A DNA stretch of 57,376 nucleotides, the filler included, from Bipalium vagum (taxonomy: Eukaryota): NCBI GenBank assembly GCA_037834085.1. It is 3 parts of 3 records of this genome, joined end to end, with 100 filler letters (N's around TTAATTAATTAA, not from the genome) between each part and the next. Parts side by side here need not be neighbours in the genome. Positions count along the whole stretch, not along the records: positions 39,010 to 57,376 come from JBBMKC010031395.1; 2 more parts are not named here. One strand, given 5' to 3'. Below, one piece after another: positions 39,010 through 53,330 of this stretch (positions are counted from its first letter, which is position 1; the number at the start of each line of letters is the position of its first letter). The notes under the pieces were generated by a model. That model worked only from the letters and a program-made list of their open reading frames with translations. It ran no database searches and was not told where the DNA came from. The translations under genes were made by a program, and so were the position numbers.

Positions 39010-39379
39010 GAAAGTTCATAAGGGAATGGTTTATTAAGTTTTTAATACACAAAAATAATAATATCACTATATGCAGTAATGATTTAACTTTTGTATGTTT
39101 TAGGTCAATAAAGTCAATATTTTACGTTTATTCTTTTGGCTCTAGTAATTAACAGGTTCACGGCGTGCTGCTATTAAACATTTGACATGATTTGGCATCA
39201 AATCAACATTTCTCTTTTACTGTTTCTTTGAGTTTATCATCACAATTCAAGATATGATTAACAGTGGAAATTAGCTTTGCAAATGTCCCTTAATCATATC
39301 GTTCAAGTTATATCTCCACTAATCGTATATTTTATACTTTTATGTTTGTTAATATTACATAACATGATTATTATTTTAC

Positions 39380-40030
39380 ATGCACAATTTTATTTAAGTA
39401 CCTCCAATATTTCTGAGAGAATCTAAATACTTTTAGCCTTACCACGTATCAAGATCCGTGTATGTCAAAACTACAAGCTGCATGAATGGTATGAAGTATT
39501 TAAAGATGGCGGTATTAATTTTCCTTGTTATAGTTGACCACTAATGTACACAACCAATAAAAATATTGATAAAATCAAGAAGTTACTGCTCTAAAATCAT
39601 CATATGAGTGTTAGAATTAGCTGATAGACTGAATATATCTTTGAAAATCGTTCATAACATTATAAAGAATATTTTTGAAACTTCACAGATTTTTTATTAT
39701 AACACTATTTCGTACGTGTTCCGATTGTTTTCTTTTATATCATCTTTTATATCAACTTTAACATGTTTCTCTAATTTTTTCTAAATAAACATTGTGAAGA
39801 TCATAGCCTTTGGTTTTCCCAAAATAATTTCTATTCTTTTTCTATGAGCACCAGTCTTCCTGCTTACAAAATTCATCTAATGGTTCACATTTACATATTT
39901 TTCGTCTTTAGACAATTGATAGTATTAAAGATCTCCATGAGTAATTCATTATGTTTAAACCATGCTCAATAACCCGCAATTTGTGGTCAAGGCACGACTT
40001 TCTTTTTTTTTAAATGGCATAAAAAAATTC
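39380..40030. mobile_element. Mariner (+) and Tc1-like (-) N-terminal remnants
   Basis: Plus strand reads VFKDGG..TTNKNIDKIKKLLL; minus strand has a degenerate N-terminal frame starting MPFKKK. Confidence 0.5.
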
Positions 40031-41269
40031 TTCACTACTTATTCCACTACATAAAACTTTTATATCAATAATAATAATTAACTGATAATAATAATATTAT
40101 TATTAAATTCTTGAAATCATTTATTTTTCGTTTCATAGCATTTGTATTTCAACTATGTACAAAAATATTTCATTATTATATAAATTAACATTCATCCTTT
40201 GCAAACTCTTCAATTAAGTATCACGATGAATTAAGGCGTGCCTCTGTATGAATGAAAAGATAACTGAAATAAAGGGGAAGAAAAGACTATTTATTTTTTT
40301 AGCTATTAAAGAAAACTTATTTAAGTTCAAAGGAAATTATTTTTTCTGGACAGATAATGAAATATCAATATATTTCTTCATTTAGGATGAAACTAATGTG
40401 AATATTGACAATTGAAATTATATTTATTAATTAATTGATATGTCACTAGACAACAAAAAATAGATAAAAGTATTGCATAGGAAAGGTGGGGCTCTCTGAT
40501 TTATATATTAAAAACATTTTTATTTTTCAACTCTCTACTATACATATATTAATTATTAATTATAATAATTATAAGATATACATTAAATTTAAGTTTAAAA
40601 CTAATATCATCTATTGGTTTAAAATAATAATTATCTTATTAAAGAGAATCTTAAAGAAAATTATAAAGAATAAAAATAATCTAATAATACGTAGGTGAAT
40701 ATAATTGATTAAATAATAAATAATCAATAAATCAAATAATCATTAAATAATAAAAATAATCAACAAATAATTGAAAAATAAATAAAATAATTTTCAAATA
40801 TAAAAAATATCAATTATAATATTTCTTTACAAATTTCTTTTCTAACTTTAAAATCTGTTCATTTCCTTAAATTTTATTTGGAATATTAGTGAAATCCTTG
40901 AGAAAATCGAAAGAATGTGTTTGGATTTTATTATTTTTAATTTTCTAAAATTTATTTCTCTTTTAAGAATATTTCTTTTATTTCTTTATTAATAATATAA
41001 ATTTTTAAAATTAAAATAAATTAAATTAAGCAAAAGTTAATTTTTATCTCACAAATGAAAAAAGTAAACACAAAACAATCAGGTAAAATTTTCAGATATT
41101 TATCATCCTAATTATCCTAAGCTTTTGTAACTAATTTTGTCGGGATCCCCGACATGCATTGCTTGTGAATGATGTGTGAAAAAAGAAATTAATAATTATA
41201 AAATAAATTTCGTAAATAACAAAATTATGATAATTATTATTAACATTAATAAATTATATTAAGTAAAAA

Positions 41270-42330
41270 GCAGACAACTTTTTTTTCTATATAACAAATA
41301 AGCATTATCGAATCATGTTCTATTTCGTTTGACAACCTGTCGTCATTTATTTGGTAAATTCATACTGCCATCGTCGTAGAATTTTTGAGATTTCTGATCA
41401 ATAAACTTTAATATGGTTTATTTTCATAAACTTCTTCTGATATCATTAGAAGTCCGTTAAGAAAATTCTGCAGAAACTGAAGCAAATAATAGGCTAGGTC
41501 TGGACTATATGTTGGATATATCAGAAATTTTCATCAAAATATTTTCAAATTTTGGTGAGTCAATAAAAAGGTTGGACATTGTCGTGATAGAACACAACAT
41601 TATTTCTGTTGACAAATTCGGGCCGACTTTGGTTATCATTTGATATAATCATTGAAGTTGCTGACAATTGAATATAGAATCAATGATTTGACTCGGTTTT
41701 ATCAGTATCTTCAATACATGATTCTTTACAAATTCTAGTTAAACAGATAACATAGTCTTTCTTGAAGACAATTTTGGAATTTGACCTTTTCTCACATTAT
41801 TAACATAGAGGATTCATTTTTCATCTCCAATGATTCTATTTTTAAAAAAATAATTTGTGTTTATTTTTATTTTTACAAAATTCTGCTAATTAATTTATTA
41901 ACAGGTAAATTATGAAGCCCTTAATATCAATGTAATATCAATATTTATGTAACCAAGCTTTTCCATGTGACTTGAAAATATTTGTTGATAAAAATCTAGA
42001 TCCTTAGCAATAATCATAAGTGATTATGTAACTGTCTTGCTTGATTATTTTCATAATTTTGTCATTCTTGTCTACGGTTGGTCGGCCAGAAAGACCAAAC
42101 CCACATATTTTATTGGACGGAAATAAAACTTCATCGCACTTTTTCTTTATTTTGACTTTTTAACATCTTTTAATTCGGATAAACAAGTGATATAAATATA
42201 ATTATTTATTCTAAAAAAAATTGATTTTTTTAATAGATTTATTTAAATTTAAATTCAATTTTATATATTGCTTGTAATTCAAAGTAAGAGTCTATGACGA
42301 GAAAGGCCGAAACTTTTTAGGCCGCCTAAT
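41270..42330 (-). mobile_element. Degenerate mariner with 5' TIR
   Basis: TIR-like AAAGGCCGAAACTTTTTAGGCCGCCTAATA at ~42302-42330; RPEFVNRNNVVFYHDNVQP and YSPDLAYYL. Confidence 0.85.
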
Positions 42331-42704
42331 ATTAAATATTAAAATTTTTATAAAGATAAAAGTAAATGAAATAAGACAATAAAATATCCATAAATTTTAA
42401 TTTATATTAAGCTCTGAATAAGCTCTTTGAAATGATTTTTTTGATCAATAAGGAAAAAGCGATAGAAAACATCAAGTATTTTTATTTATCTGCTTTTATT
42501 TTCATTGTTTTTGGAATATCTATTGATTTACCGTAAAAATATGTCGGATATATTTTATATTAAATTTAATTTTGACATGATTAAAACAAATTATTTTAAA
42601 TTTTTATCAGTTTCATATAAATAATAATAATAATTTTTTTCTTCAATTTATAAACTTATTAAAAATTTGGAAAATATTATTTTTATAAAAAAATGTTCAC
42701 ATAC

Positions 42705-42770
42705 TTTATTTTGAATAGCATTTTCAGATTCATTAATTTCATTTCCATCAAATGCATTATTTATTCCGTA
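42705..42770 (-). CDS. Isolated phase-0 internal exon of an unidentified gene
   Basis: tttacag|YGINNAFDGNEINESENAIQNK|gtatgt; 66 nt and open. Confidence 0.4.
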
Positions 42771-43249
42771 CTGTAAATAAATATTAAAAAGTTAATTTAA
42801 TAAAAATAAAATTTCTTTTTTATTTATTTAAATTTATTAATTTAAATATAATAATTTGTTTATAATTTCCAAAAAGCATTTAATCCTGTATTAAAAACCT
42901 AAATCTATAAAACTTTTCAAATTTTTAAAATAAAAATCTTTTTCTTTTTTCTATTTTTTCTTTATTAACCTATTGCAAATCGTTAAAATAAAATACTTTT
43001 ATTATTAATAAAATTGTTATTCTTTTTGATTTGTTTATCAATGCTTCTTTTACAAATATTTATATAAGTTTTATTATTTTTAATATATTTATTAAATATT
43101 TATTTTTATTATTATATTGATTATTTAAACAATTATTTTACTACTTAAATTTTGTTTGAAAGAGTATATTTAAGTTTATTAAATTTGAATTTTTGTTTTT
43201 TCTTTTAAAGTAATAGAATGACAACAGTAAAAAGTTTATATGGTTTAGG

Positions 43250-43760
43250 CAGATTATTTATAATATTGGTTAGTAAAAAGAGATGGAGAGAAATTATGGA
43301 ATTACAGTAGACCATTGTCATCAAACTACAATGGGTCTAGGCAATTAGGCTGTGAAGAGAAATTTCTATCTGCAGAGCTGAATGTTTGAGTCCAGTATAT
43401 CACCGTTCTTTTTTTAGCTTGCTCGAGACAAGTAGCTGCAGATGTGAAGGTCTTGTCTTTCCAATATTATCATAAGAACTGGTGAATTTCGTATTTTATA
43501 ATTATTTCAATTATGAAGAAGTCAATTGAAGAAAAACAGAGCTATTTCCTGGTTGTGGTACCAATGATTACTATCCATATCTTATGAGTTGTAAGCTATT
43601 ATATTATTTGAAAGCTTAGCATCTCGAATTGTTAATTCAATTAGGTATTTCTTTGATTTTACCAAGTAGAATAAGTATCATTTCATCTTCAGTGAAAATA
43701 TTTGTAAGAAATGTATCATCTAAGACGTTTCGAAATTGTTTTTCAGTATTTTAAACGGTT
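43250..43760 (-). mobile_element. Possible LTR-retrotransposon gag remnant
   Basis: QFRNVLDDTFLTNIFTEDEMILILLGKIKEIPN* and TFTSAATCLEQAKKR resemble Ty3/gypsy capsid helices. Confidence 0.3.
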
Positions 43761-44039
43761 ACCAAAATCTTAATTACTCTCTTTTATTGTAATATTTATG
43801 CTGTATTAACTCCATAAATTTTATTCTTTTTAAATACAAATTTTTTTTACTATTTGATATTATATTATGATGAGTCATGAGTAATTTCGTCTTTTGTTTA
43901 ACTATTTAAAATTAATTTATTATATAGCTAAAAAAATTTAAATTAATTGGGTTATATCTATTGAAGGAAATTAAAGTAGCATAATTGAACTTGTGCAAAA
44001 TAATATTTAATTTGATATTTTATTTTAGTTCTAATAAAT

Positions 44040-44897
44040 ATGGAAAAATTGAAATTCAAACACTCCTTTGACTTTATTTGAAACATGATTTCTGTGCAAG
44101 TGCAGAGGCTGAATAAATATGTTAGATGGATGTTGTATCAACTGGTGTAGCTTAAATTTAATTCAAAGAATGTAATCACAGTAAGAGCGACCTTCATGAT
44201 AATCCACGTTCCTACAGACCTTTCAAAACATACGTAAATCAGCTAAAGATAATCCATCGACAAGCACTAGAAGATTATCTGATGAACTTAATGTGTCCCA
44301 GAGAAGAGTTTTCCGATATCTTAAAGCTCTAAGAAAGATCGTCAGACGCTGCAGAGAAGCGCCTCATGATTTAACAGAAAATCAAGCAATGAGAAGTTGA
44401 ATTATGCACAAAACTGCTGGAAAATCCCAGTGGTGACCGTATCATTTGCAACATTCTTATCTCAGATGAAAAGTTGATTTATCTTAACAATCCTGACAAA
44501 AAGAATCAATGGTTGGACATGAGCCAGGTAGTCAAACCAGTTCCTAAAATGGAGAAATTCTGAAAAAAAGGTACTATTGTGTGTTGCTGTAATTTTCAAA
44601 GTTGTTATTCGATTTCAATTTACTTACCATACTTCATAAAAAAGAATTTAAATATGATTTGCTCTATTAATTGCTATATTATAAAATAATAATGTTTGTT
44701 GATGTTTCTAGCGGTGTGAGATGCACTACGCCCTAGCCTGTACTCAGAAGAAAATATTGCAGAAATCGCTTTTCGATATCTAAATAAAAGATACAAATGA
44801 CATATAACTTATTGATCTAAACTTTTTAATTTATTGATCTAAACTTGGTCTAAATACAAAACATCTAAAACCTGCATTTATATTGCATCAATTTAAT
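44040..44897 (+). mobile_element. Degenerate mariner
   Basis: DLHDNPRSYRP, PHDLTENQ and ILISDEKLIYLNNPDKKNQWL, with a TIR-like end AAAACCTGCATTTATATTGCATCAATTTAATA. Confidence 0.85.
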
Positions 44898-45914
44898 AGT
44901 ATGATATACACTTCAAAAGATTTGAATATTCAGATTTTTGATGGAGAGATAAAAAAAATATAACGCAGAGTTTAGACCTGAAAATGTTAAAAATGAAAAA
45001 CAGATTAAGGTTGAAATTTGAAATGAGTATTTTTATAATCCTCTTCAAGACTACAATTAGAACTTGTAAAAAGATAATTTATTTAATATTAATATACAAT
45101 TTCTGAAAATAAATATATTTTATCCACATTCTAACCAAATGCAAATGTCTAGAAAAAAATACTTAAAATCCTGAAAATAAATATAATCTTGCTACTAAAT
45201 TAATTTGATAAAAATTAATAACTTACTGAACACCATAAAATAAAAATTCTAATTTTAATAAATTATTTTTTCACATTTAAATAATTATAATTAGTCAGTT
45301 ATAACAAAATGTGGTCAAATCGAATATAGTCCAATAAAAAATTTTATTCTTTAGTATATAGAAAAATAAACATAAAATTATTTTTTTATAAATCAATTAG
45401 TTAAAAAAACTAAAAAATTCGGAAAAAATTATTAATTTAATAAGTCTTTTTTAACGTATTACTTTCAATATAAATTTTGTCATTAAGAGTTGCTTTAAAA
45501 TTACAATTTCTAAAATGAATGAAAAAGAAATTAATTTATAAATCTCAAGTCGTTGAAATTTAATCTAGTAAGAATCTCTAGACGATCCCTAACGTGGATA
45601 TTGAATATCAGCTTTATATACGTTTTCCAAGCATAGATGTAAAATTTTCATTTAACAGACTAATTATTAATTTAATTAAATTAAAATCGTAGAAATATGA
45701 AAAAAATAATTTTATATTAATATTAATTCCAAAGAAAAAAAATCTTAAATATTCACAAAATTGGTTATAAAATAAAAAAGTGCATTTACAAAACTTTTTT
45801 ACTTTCTTTCCAATAAAAAGAATTGTATTAGATTTATTTTATTTATTTAATATTCATTGGATGGTATATTAATTTTATACTTTTTAATTAACGTTTAATA
45901 TAATTTTTAAAATC

Positions 45915-46870
45915 ATTCAAAGTATTTTCCTTGATTAAAAATGACTTTCTCCCATAAATCTGGCAGCATGGATATTCAGAGGCGATAAAATGGTTTCTCT
46001 TCAGAATGTGAGTCCATGTGGACACCAAATCTTGAACATCTTTGTTGCGTATCTACCAGAGTTAGTGTAACTGACCTTAATAAATGAAAATATGTTGAAT
46101 CGATGTCTAGAGAGTGCGAAAATGATTTTCCATTGAAAGATCCAACAGTATTTGCTTTACGATTGAAGTTGTGATCTTGCATTGTCTTGCAAAAAATGAC
46201 TTTGATTCGATTGCTGGCTATTGTAGGTCTTGTTTTAATCATTATTTAATCTTTTTAGTTGACGTTAATATCGTTTTCCCTTAAATGTTTCCTTCGATTT
46301 CAAAAGTTCATGGTACACTACACCTTCCATATCCCAATCAAAATTACACAGTATAACTCTGTTATCATGGTTATTGTTTGTTTTGGTGGACGTTCATGTC
46401 TGTCATGCATAAAATCGTCATTTCTTTCGTTTGTGGCTATGGAAATAAATCCATTTTTATCGCCTATAACAATTTGCCACAAAAAACTTTTCTCTTTCTT
46501 GAAAATAAAAATTTGGCTATATCTAAACCATTGCAGAAAACACTTTTACTCAAATTATAATGTATCAATGTTCATTACTTTTGAATTTTTTCTCGCACAA
46601 GTATCGATCTGGAATTATGTTGATCTATGTGTGTTATAGCTGTTCATATCATATAATTCACTATTTTCAATCTTTTTGGCTGACCTTGTCTTTCTTTATC
46701 ATTCAAATCGAAGTTGTCTGATTTAAATATGGTAAACCAGAATTTACAGTTTGACAACGATGGAGCTTCATCAGCATATGTTTCCTCATGCATTTGATGC
46801 GCTACTAATTTCCGCATCAGTACATGTTTGTAATGTAATTTTGACCTATTCGCTTATTGCGCCTCCTAAA
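45915..46870 (-). mobile_element. Near full-length degenerate mariner (Mos1-like)
   Basis: KRKSFLWQIVIGDKKWIYFH, IWMGYGRCSVP, TRPTIASNRIKVIF, QDN and YFHLLRS. Confidence 0.88.
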
Positions 46871-47879
46871 GTGTTTATTTAAACAAAAAGCACTTCCAAG
46901 CCTATATAAACTTACATTAGATATTCAGATATTTAAAGTAACCTGTTATTTTGACTTTATTATAAATATAACTAGAATTATTCCTAGAATTTTAATTTTG
47001 GACCAAAATTAGTGCATCCTCATAATATTTATTGTCTGTATTATTCATAAGTTTAACACCATAGTATAACAAATATGTTTTTGACAAGTCTGACATTTTC
47101 CTTTCAGAAAATCTAGTCTAAATTTGATATTTTGATGTCGTTTAACAAGGTTTTCTGTCAATGTATTCATCACAGTTCCTGTTATTATGGTTATCATTAC
47201 ATAGTTATGGTTTATTGTGTAAAAGATAAAAGATCATTTCTCTTCTTTTTTTATGACAGTTATTTTTTTATTTGATCCTAAATTCTTTCAGTGGAACCCA
47301 TTTATCATTTTTTATAAATCTATTTCATTTATTTTGAAAAATGTTCTCATAAGTTACTTACCAGCTCTGTTTCTTCAACAATACTCATTACACAATACTG
47401 AAGTCTTTTCCTGGTAAAATACTTTTATAGAATTAAAGAACGTAGAAATGAAAAAATCAAAGATATAATTATTAATATAATCTGTGGGAAGGTGAAATGG
47501 TTTCAACTTCCGACAGTACTCAGGAGAATGGTTTACAAATGGTATTTTATAACATGCTTTCAAAACGTAGGAAAGTGTTGGAATTAAGTATTAAAAAATT
47601 GAATTTAATAATCTTTTTTGTATTCGAAATTCATTTTGAACAATATAATCGCCATCATAATTATAATTAATGTAAATAATTATCATTCTCAATAAAATGT
47701 GCATTTTTACGCTGTTAATGCACTTATTATTTTAATGAATTACAACAGAATTGTTGCATCTCTTGTTTAATCAATATATCTTAATCAAATTTTCATATTT
47801 TTGTGTCTTAATCATTTAAATAAGTACGTAGATAATTTTTGAATCATAAGCAGTACTCATTATCGTGATAAACGACAAA

Positions 47880-48350
47880 ATTTTATCTTGGTATTACAAG
47901 GTCACAATGGAGATACATAGACTTATATCTTGGCTTCTGGTCATCCCCTCTATTTATCAAAGACAGTTTGAATGCTCTCCAATACATTGATGAAATTCTA
48001 AAATCCGTATTACTTCAATCAATGGAAATATTATCAAGCTGTAGTTTTCAACAAGACAATGAGAGACTGAATACCGCTTATATAGCGGAAAAGAATTTAC
48101 AAGAATCGAAAGTGCAAAAAAAACTTGGTCAGCATCTTCACCAGACTTATCTCCTATTGAACAAATGTTGGATATTATGGGTCGTTAGGTACAATCTTCT
48201 CTTGTTACTTCTAAAACATTGTAAAAATTAAAACATTAGCTTTAACACATGAAACGATATATCTTAAGGGGAAATAAATCTTCTTAATATTACATCAAGG
48301 AGAATTCAAAGAGATATTGTTCTAAGAAACGGTGACATGACTCACTATCT
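47880..48350 (+). mobile_element. Tc1 catalytic remnant
   Basis: LNALQYIDEIL, FQQDNERLNTA and WSASSPDLSPIEQMLDIMGR. Confidence 0.88.
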
Positions 48351-48929
48351 CTGCACGTTTTCCATATAAATTTATTTAATCTAATTGATCAAATATATTT
48401 TATATTTTTAAGTGGTTCATTTTTATAAAAATTGGTATAAGATAAAACATAAGTAATAGTTTAAAAAAATATTTGTTAACGTTCAGTGACTATTCACTCT
48501 CTGAATTTGGACGTTGAATTATTTTTATAGTACAGATTAATTCATTATTAATGTATTATTGTTGATAGTTTTCTGGGTTTCTAAGATACGCTTGAAAAGT
48601 ACGGAATTATTGTTCATTACAATAAATAAAAAGACGAAATATTTTACATCTGAAATAGTAGAGTGGTCAGAAAAGGATGTGACTAAAAGAACAATTCATG
48701 GATTTTTCAACAGGATAATGAACTCTCTGAAGCACCTAAGTTTTCAAAAACATAGGATGTCATCTACAGACATAAGCAAAGTGGTTATCCGATATATTTG
48801 ACTGACTATCTCACTCGTTAGAATAAGTACACTAGATAGACAAAATAATGGAAGCACATAATCCTAATATTAATGACATAATTTTCATAATAAAAGATAT
48901 TTTAAATTTTCATACATTAGATAATTGAA

Positions 48930-49660
48930 AACACTTGGAACTATAGGGCATTTTTATTTATGGAGTCACACCACCATTTGGAAATAGATAAAAGATGTTT
49001 TTCATATTGGAATAGATTTGTGAAAAATGTTGAATGGTGTGAAATGAAATTTTCCGCCATCCTTCAGGTATAAAATCTGATCATTGTTCAAGAGATGAGG
49101 AAAAGAAAAAATCTCTTCCCACTCCAATTTCGACAATGGACCACAATAGTTCTATGATATTCATATCAGTTGATTGTGAAAGTCACTTTTGCTGTTTTCA
49201 AACCAACCGTTAAGTCATCTGATTGTATGACTGCATCACTGTTAGGAAATAAATTATTTTTCATAGGAAGGAAAATCTTATTTAAGATATCCAAATATAT
49301 CTCGACAGTAACATGACCCTTTCATGGTAACCATTACGCAAGCAACATGTCAAGATATTGCACCGCAGATCATCACAGCTTTGACTACATGCTTAAAAGT
49401 TAGAAAAACAATCAGAGTGATAATTTTCGCCTGGCTTTCTCTAAACATAAGGACACAAATAGTATGAAATCAAATGAAGGAAGACTCGTCTGATCAAATG
49501 ATCAAATCATCATTAGTCTTGGAATTTTGTATGACGACCAGGAAGCAGAAGTTTAGGCTTAGCAGTTCAACTGTAGATGTTGGATTGATTAACCTGTCTG
49601 AAAAAAACAGGGATATTTCTATGGACATTCAGTTCTACTATAGCCCTGGCTGCTGGTTTT
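48930..49660 (-). mobile_element. Degenerate Tc1
   Basis: FDQTSLPSF (WSDES-like), LTFKHVVKSCDDLR (TVKH..SVMIWG-like) and QSTDMNIIELLWS. Confidence 0.7.
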
Positions 49661-51914
49661 TCTGATTTTCTTTTGTAATAAATTACAAAACTTTATAAAT
49701 CAATAATTTTTTTAATAAACATTAGACATGTATTAGATTTTTAAGTGATTTCGGACAGTTTTAAAGAAATCTTTTAATATTTTAATAAAAAACTTATTTA
49801 TCAGTTTTTGATAATTATTATTATTATTATTATTATTATATTATTATATTATTTTTAATGAAATAAATAATGTGATGAAAAAATACGTTTCCGTGTAATG
49901 ATTTTAAAAATTATTATTATTAAAATAATAATATTATTTTAAAATGTCACTTTATTTACTAATTTATAAAATATTAAGTGGAAGTTGAAAATTATTATTA
50001 TTATTATTATAAAATTTAATATTAAAATAACAAATGAAAAATAATAAAATGTTAAATTAAATTATTAACAGATAAAATAATTTTTATTAAAAAAAATTAC
50101 TTGATTGTTCTTGTGGAACTGTTTAGATGGTATTTTCATGGTACGAAAATATTCATTTTTAATTTGAATATTTAATAAGTCACAATTGCAATATAAACCA
50201 ATGGCATTTATTACAATATTATTGGTCATAATTATATATTATATCATTAATTCTTAATAAACATCTAATGCAATTATTTATTTACTATTTTATTATATTT
50301 AGTAATTTTTAATGCCACCTTTCATAATAAAAATGTATTTTGATTGCTTATTTTATTTTATCATAAAAAATATTACTTTTTTGAGTACATTAAAACAAGC
50401 ATATCTAAGTGATTGGACATCATTTTGATTTTATAAATGAGAATAAAACCATACATTATTATAAATCAACATGTTAATAAACATTTACTAAATAGGCTTG
50501 AAAATAAAACTTATTAATGAATATTAAAACAAAAAAATATTATGATACAGAAAATAAATGTATCTGAAATTGTAACAATTTGTTAACACTGTAAAATTTG
50601 AATGAATAATAAATTTCTTGGGTTAATATGAATACCAAAATGTATACTGAAATATTATTATTTTTAATATTTATTTATTAAATTAATTAATCATTAATAT
50701 GTATAATATCTTAATATATTTAATACAGCAAGATAAACAGTTTATTTTTTCTCAAAGTTCATAACTCAGCGTACCCTTCATATCCCATTAGATACAAAAC
50801 TTTACTTTTAAGTAAACGTTGCACTTAACTTTGTATCTTGTTAAGTCAGTTTAATTTGTTGAATGATTTTTTCTTTTAGGAATTCCGTAGTAGATTCATT
50901 TTCATGGGTCATTTAAAAATAATGGCACTCATGGATCAATCAATCATTCAAAATATTTTGTAAATCCAAAAACTGGAGTATATACAATCCTTATAGAAAA
51001 TCTTTGAGTAAATTAAAACAATCAGTGCGCCAAAAAATATCAGAGATACTAAACACGAGATGAATACATAAATGAATTTGTGTTCAGATATCAGCATAGG
51101 AATTAATTGAAACCCTGATTAATTCTCTTAAAATACTTGATAATAAAAGTTTTTTTATTTTTATCATTTTTATTAAAACCTAATTAAACTTAAATATCAA
51201 AAATTAATTTTTAAAGGAAATCTTAACCAAAAATTATGTTATATATCATATTTTATTCAATAAAACAGTGCTTCCAAAACGGTTTTCCGATCTTTTTTAC
51301 AGCTTTAATTTAGAGGTTACAGGTTTCACAATTAAATATTTCTGATAACCTATTTTGATTAATTAACACTGAAATGATTTATTGATTTCAATTGATTTAT
51401 GAAGTTTATTTTTCTTTGAAATATTTATTACATACCTCACAATAAAGATTGGAGATCTCTTTCGTATACCTATCCCAATAATTGTTGTTTGTTTATTTAA
51501 ATTTCTTCAATTTTAACAGATTTAAATTTTAATATCCAAGATTAATATAAAACTAGTCTTGATCAAGAAGATTTTGAAGTGATTCGTGATATTTTTCAAC
51601 CTTAGATATCTAATAAATCTTCATAGCAAAAATTGGCATATCAAATATTAATTGAAGCCTATCTTACAATTTTTATTGTTATTTAAAGTACTTAAGCTAA
51701 GTCGAGAGAAAGACTTTCAAATATTTGAAGGAAGAACTAATTTGACATCTTTCTGAATAAATAAAGTTAAGATATCATTTGATTTAAATGATGTCTAATA
51801 AGTATTTGTTTTAATTATCAATTTCTTCTTCTTACATCTTCAAAGGAGCTAATTCTTAATAGCTGTCAACATATTAGAATACAATTGAAAATTAAAAGAA
51901 TCAAGGCGAAATAT

Positions 51915-52440
51915 TATGGTGTCTCAAAAAATATTTGTTTTTTTAAATAAAAAGAAATAAAATTATAAAAATTTATTAAATATATATCAAATATCAAAGT
52001 ATTGACCATCTTCAGCGATCTTTTAAATATTTCTCGAATTCCACTAAGATACCATTGTTTCGATTTGGAAGAGAAGAACTGCAAGCAAATAATTTCCGAA
52101 ATTGTTAACATTACTAAAGCTTCGAACACAAAGGAAATATACCAAAGACATAAATAGGTAGTAATCGGTAGGAAGCTGGATGTGGTAAAAGCTCAATTCC
52201 TATCGGTTCTAGTATTTTTTCTTGGTTATAATCGGTGTGTGGTTTTTCATTGTCATGCTGTAGAAGAAATTTTTTGTTATTTACCAAAGAAGGGTATTTT
52301 TCCTTTATTTTTCATACATACGATGCAGTTGTGAGTAATATAAATTGGTGTCTATTGATTTACCATTCGGTATCAATTTTTACATCATTCACTAAACAAG
52401 TAATATTGCAAAAATTGTGACTTTTTCGTGAATTGCGAAA
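51915..52440 (-). mobile_element. Mariner 3' half
   Basis: IKEKYPSLVNNKKFLLQHDNEKPHT, IELLPHP and FFSSKSKQWYLSGIRE. Confidence 0.88.
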
Positions 52441-52479
52441 AAAAATATGTAGATGCTCATCAGATAAATAAGAAAATTT

Positions 52480-53330
52480 ATAATTTTTTTGAAAAAAATT
52501 TCGATCAGTAAGTTTCAAAAAAGTTGAACAAACACTTATAACAGGATCTTATGACCAATATGTTGTAGTTGTTGTCAACGCACTAACATGTGCTAATATC
52601 TAATAAATTAAATAATCTTGAAATAATTAAGATGTTCAGATATTTTTGAATCTTAGGAAAGAACATACATATTACAATGATTAAAAGAGGAAAATGTGTC
52701 CAAATTAATAATTTATTTTAAGAAAGAAAAGATTTTTTAAAAAGAAAGCTGCATTATATTATTTGAAGAACCAGTCCGTTATTGAATCTATAGTTAATAA
52801 TTTTGAAGATGATGGGATATTAATAAAGCGCGCTAAAGAGGCGTTAAGAAATGAAAATTTGGTTTCCTAATTAATGAAAATAGTTGAAAATTAGAAAATT
52901 ATCATGTTCTAATTGATATTTTAGATAAATTTGAAGACTCAGAAAGTGGATATGACGATATATTTACCATAAATCTTGGATTAGATCCAATAGATTTGAA
53001 AAGCTATCTGCAGAAAGATTTGAAGACAATGGAATATCTGATCTGCTAAAGTTTAGTAAAAAAAAAAGAAGTATCTCCAATTGAATATTCTTATTTAAAG
53101 AAATGTCCACCTGCAAGTATTGCGGTAGAGCGAAGTTTTTCTATTTTAGGATATCTGCAAACTAACAAAAAATATTTTAGCGGTGGTAATATTGATCACT
53201 ATTTTTCACAATATTATAATGTATTTGATGAATAAAGTTTGTTATGTAACAGTTTTTTTTAATTTCTAAATGCCACTCTTTAATAATAAATGCCATTTTT
53301 TAAGTACCGTTTTCAAATTGCCCTACTTAT
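52480..53330 (+). mobile_element. hAT-family transposase 3' remnant with terminus
   Basis: YLKKCPPASIAVERSFSILGYLQTNKKYFSGGNI matches the hAT C-terminal dimerisation motif. Subterminal TGCCA repeats end in AAATTGCCCTA. Confidence 0.75.

Noticed and set aside
46259-46639. 126-aa plus-strand ORF (also 34637 and 34888 on the minus strand)
   Set aside because: These are antisense shadows of transposase sequences.
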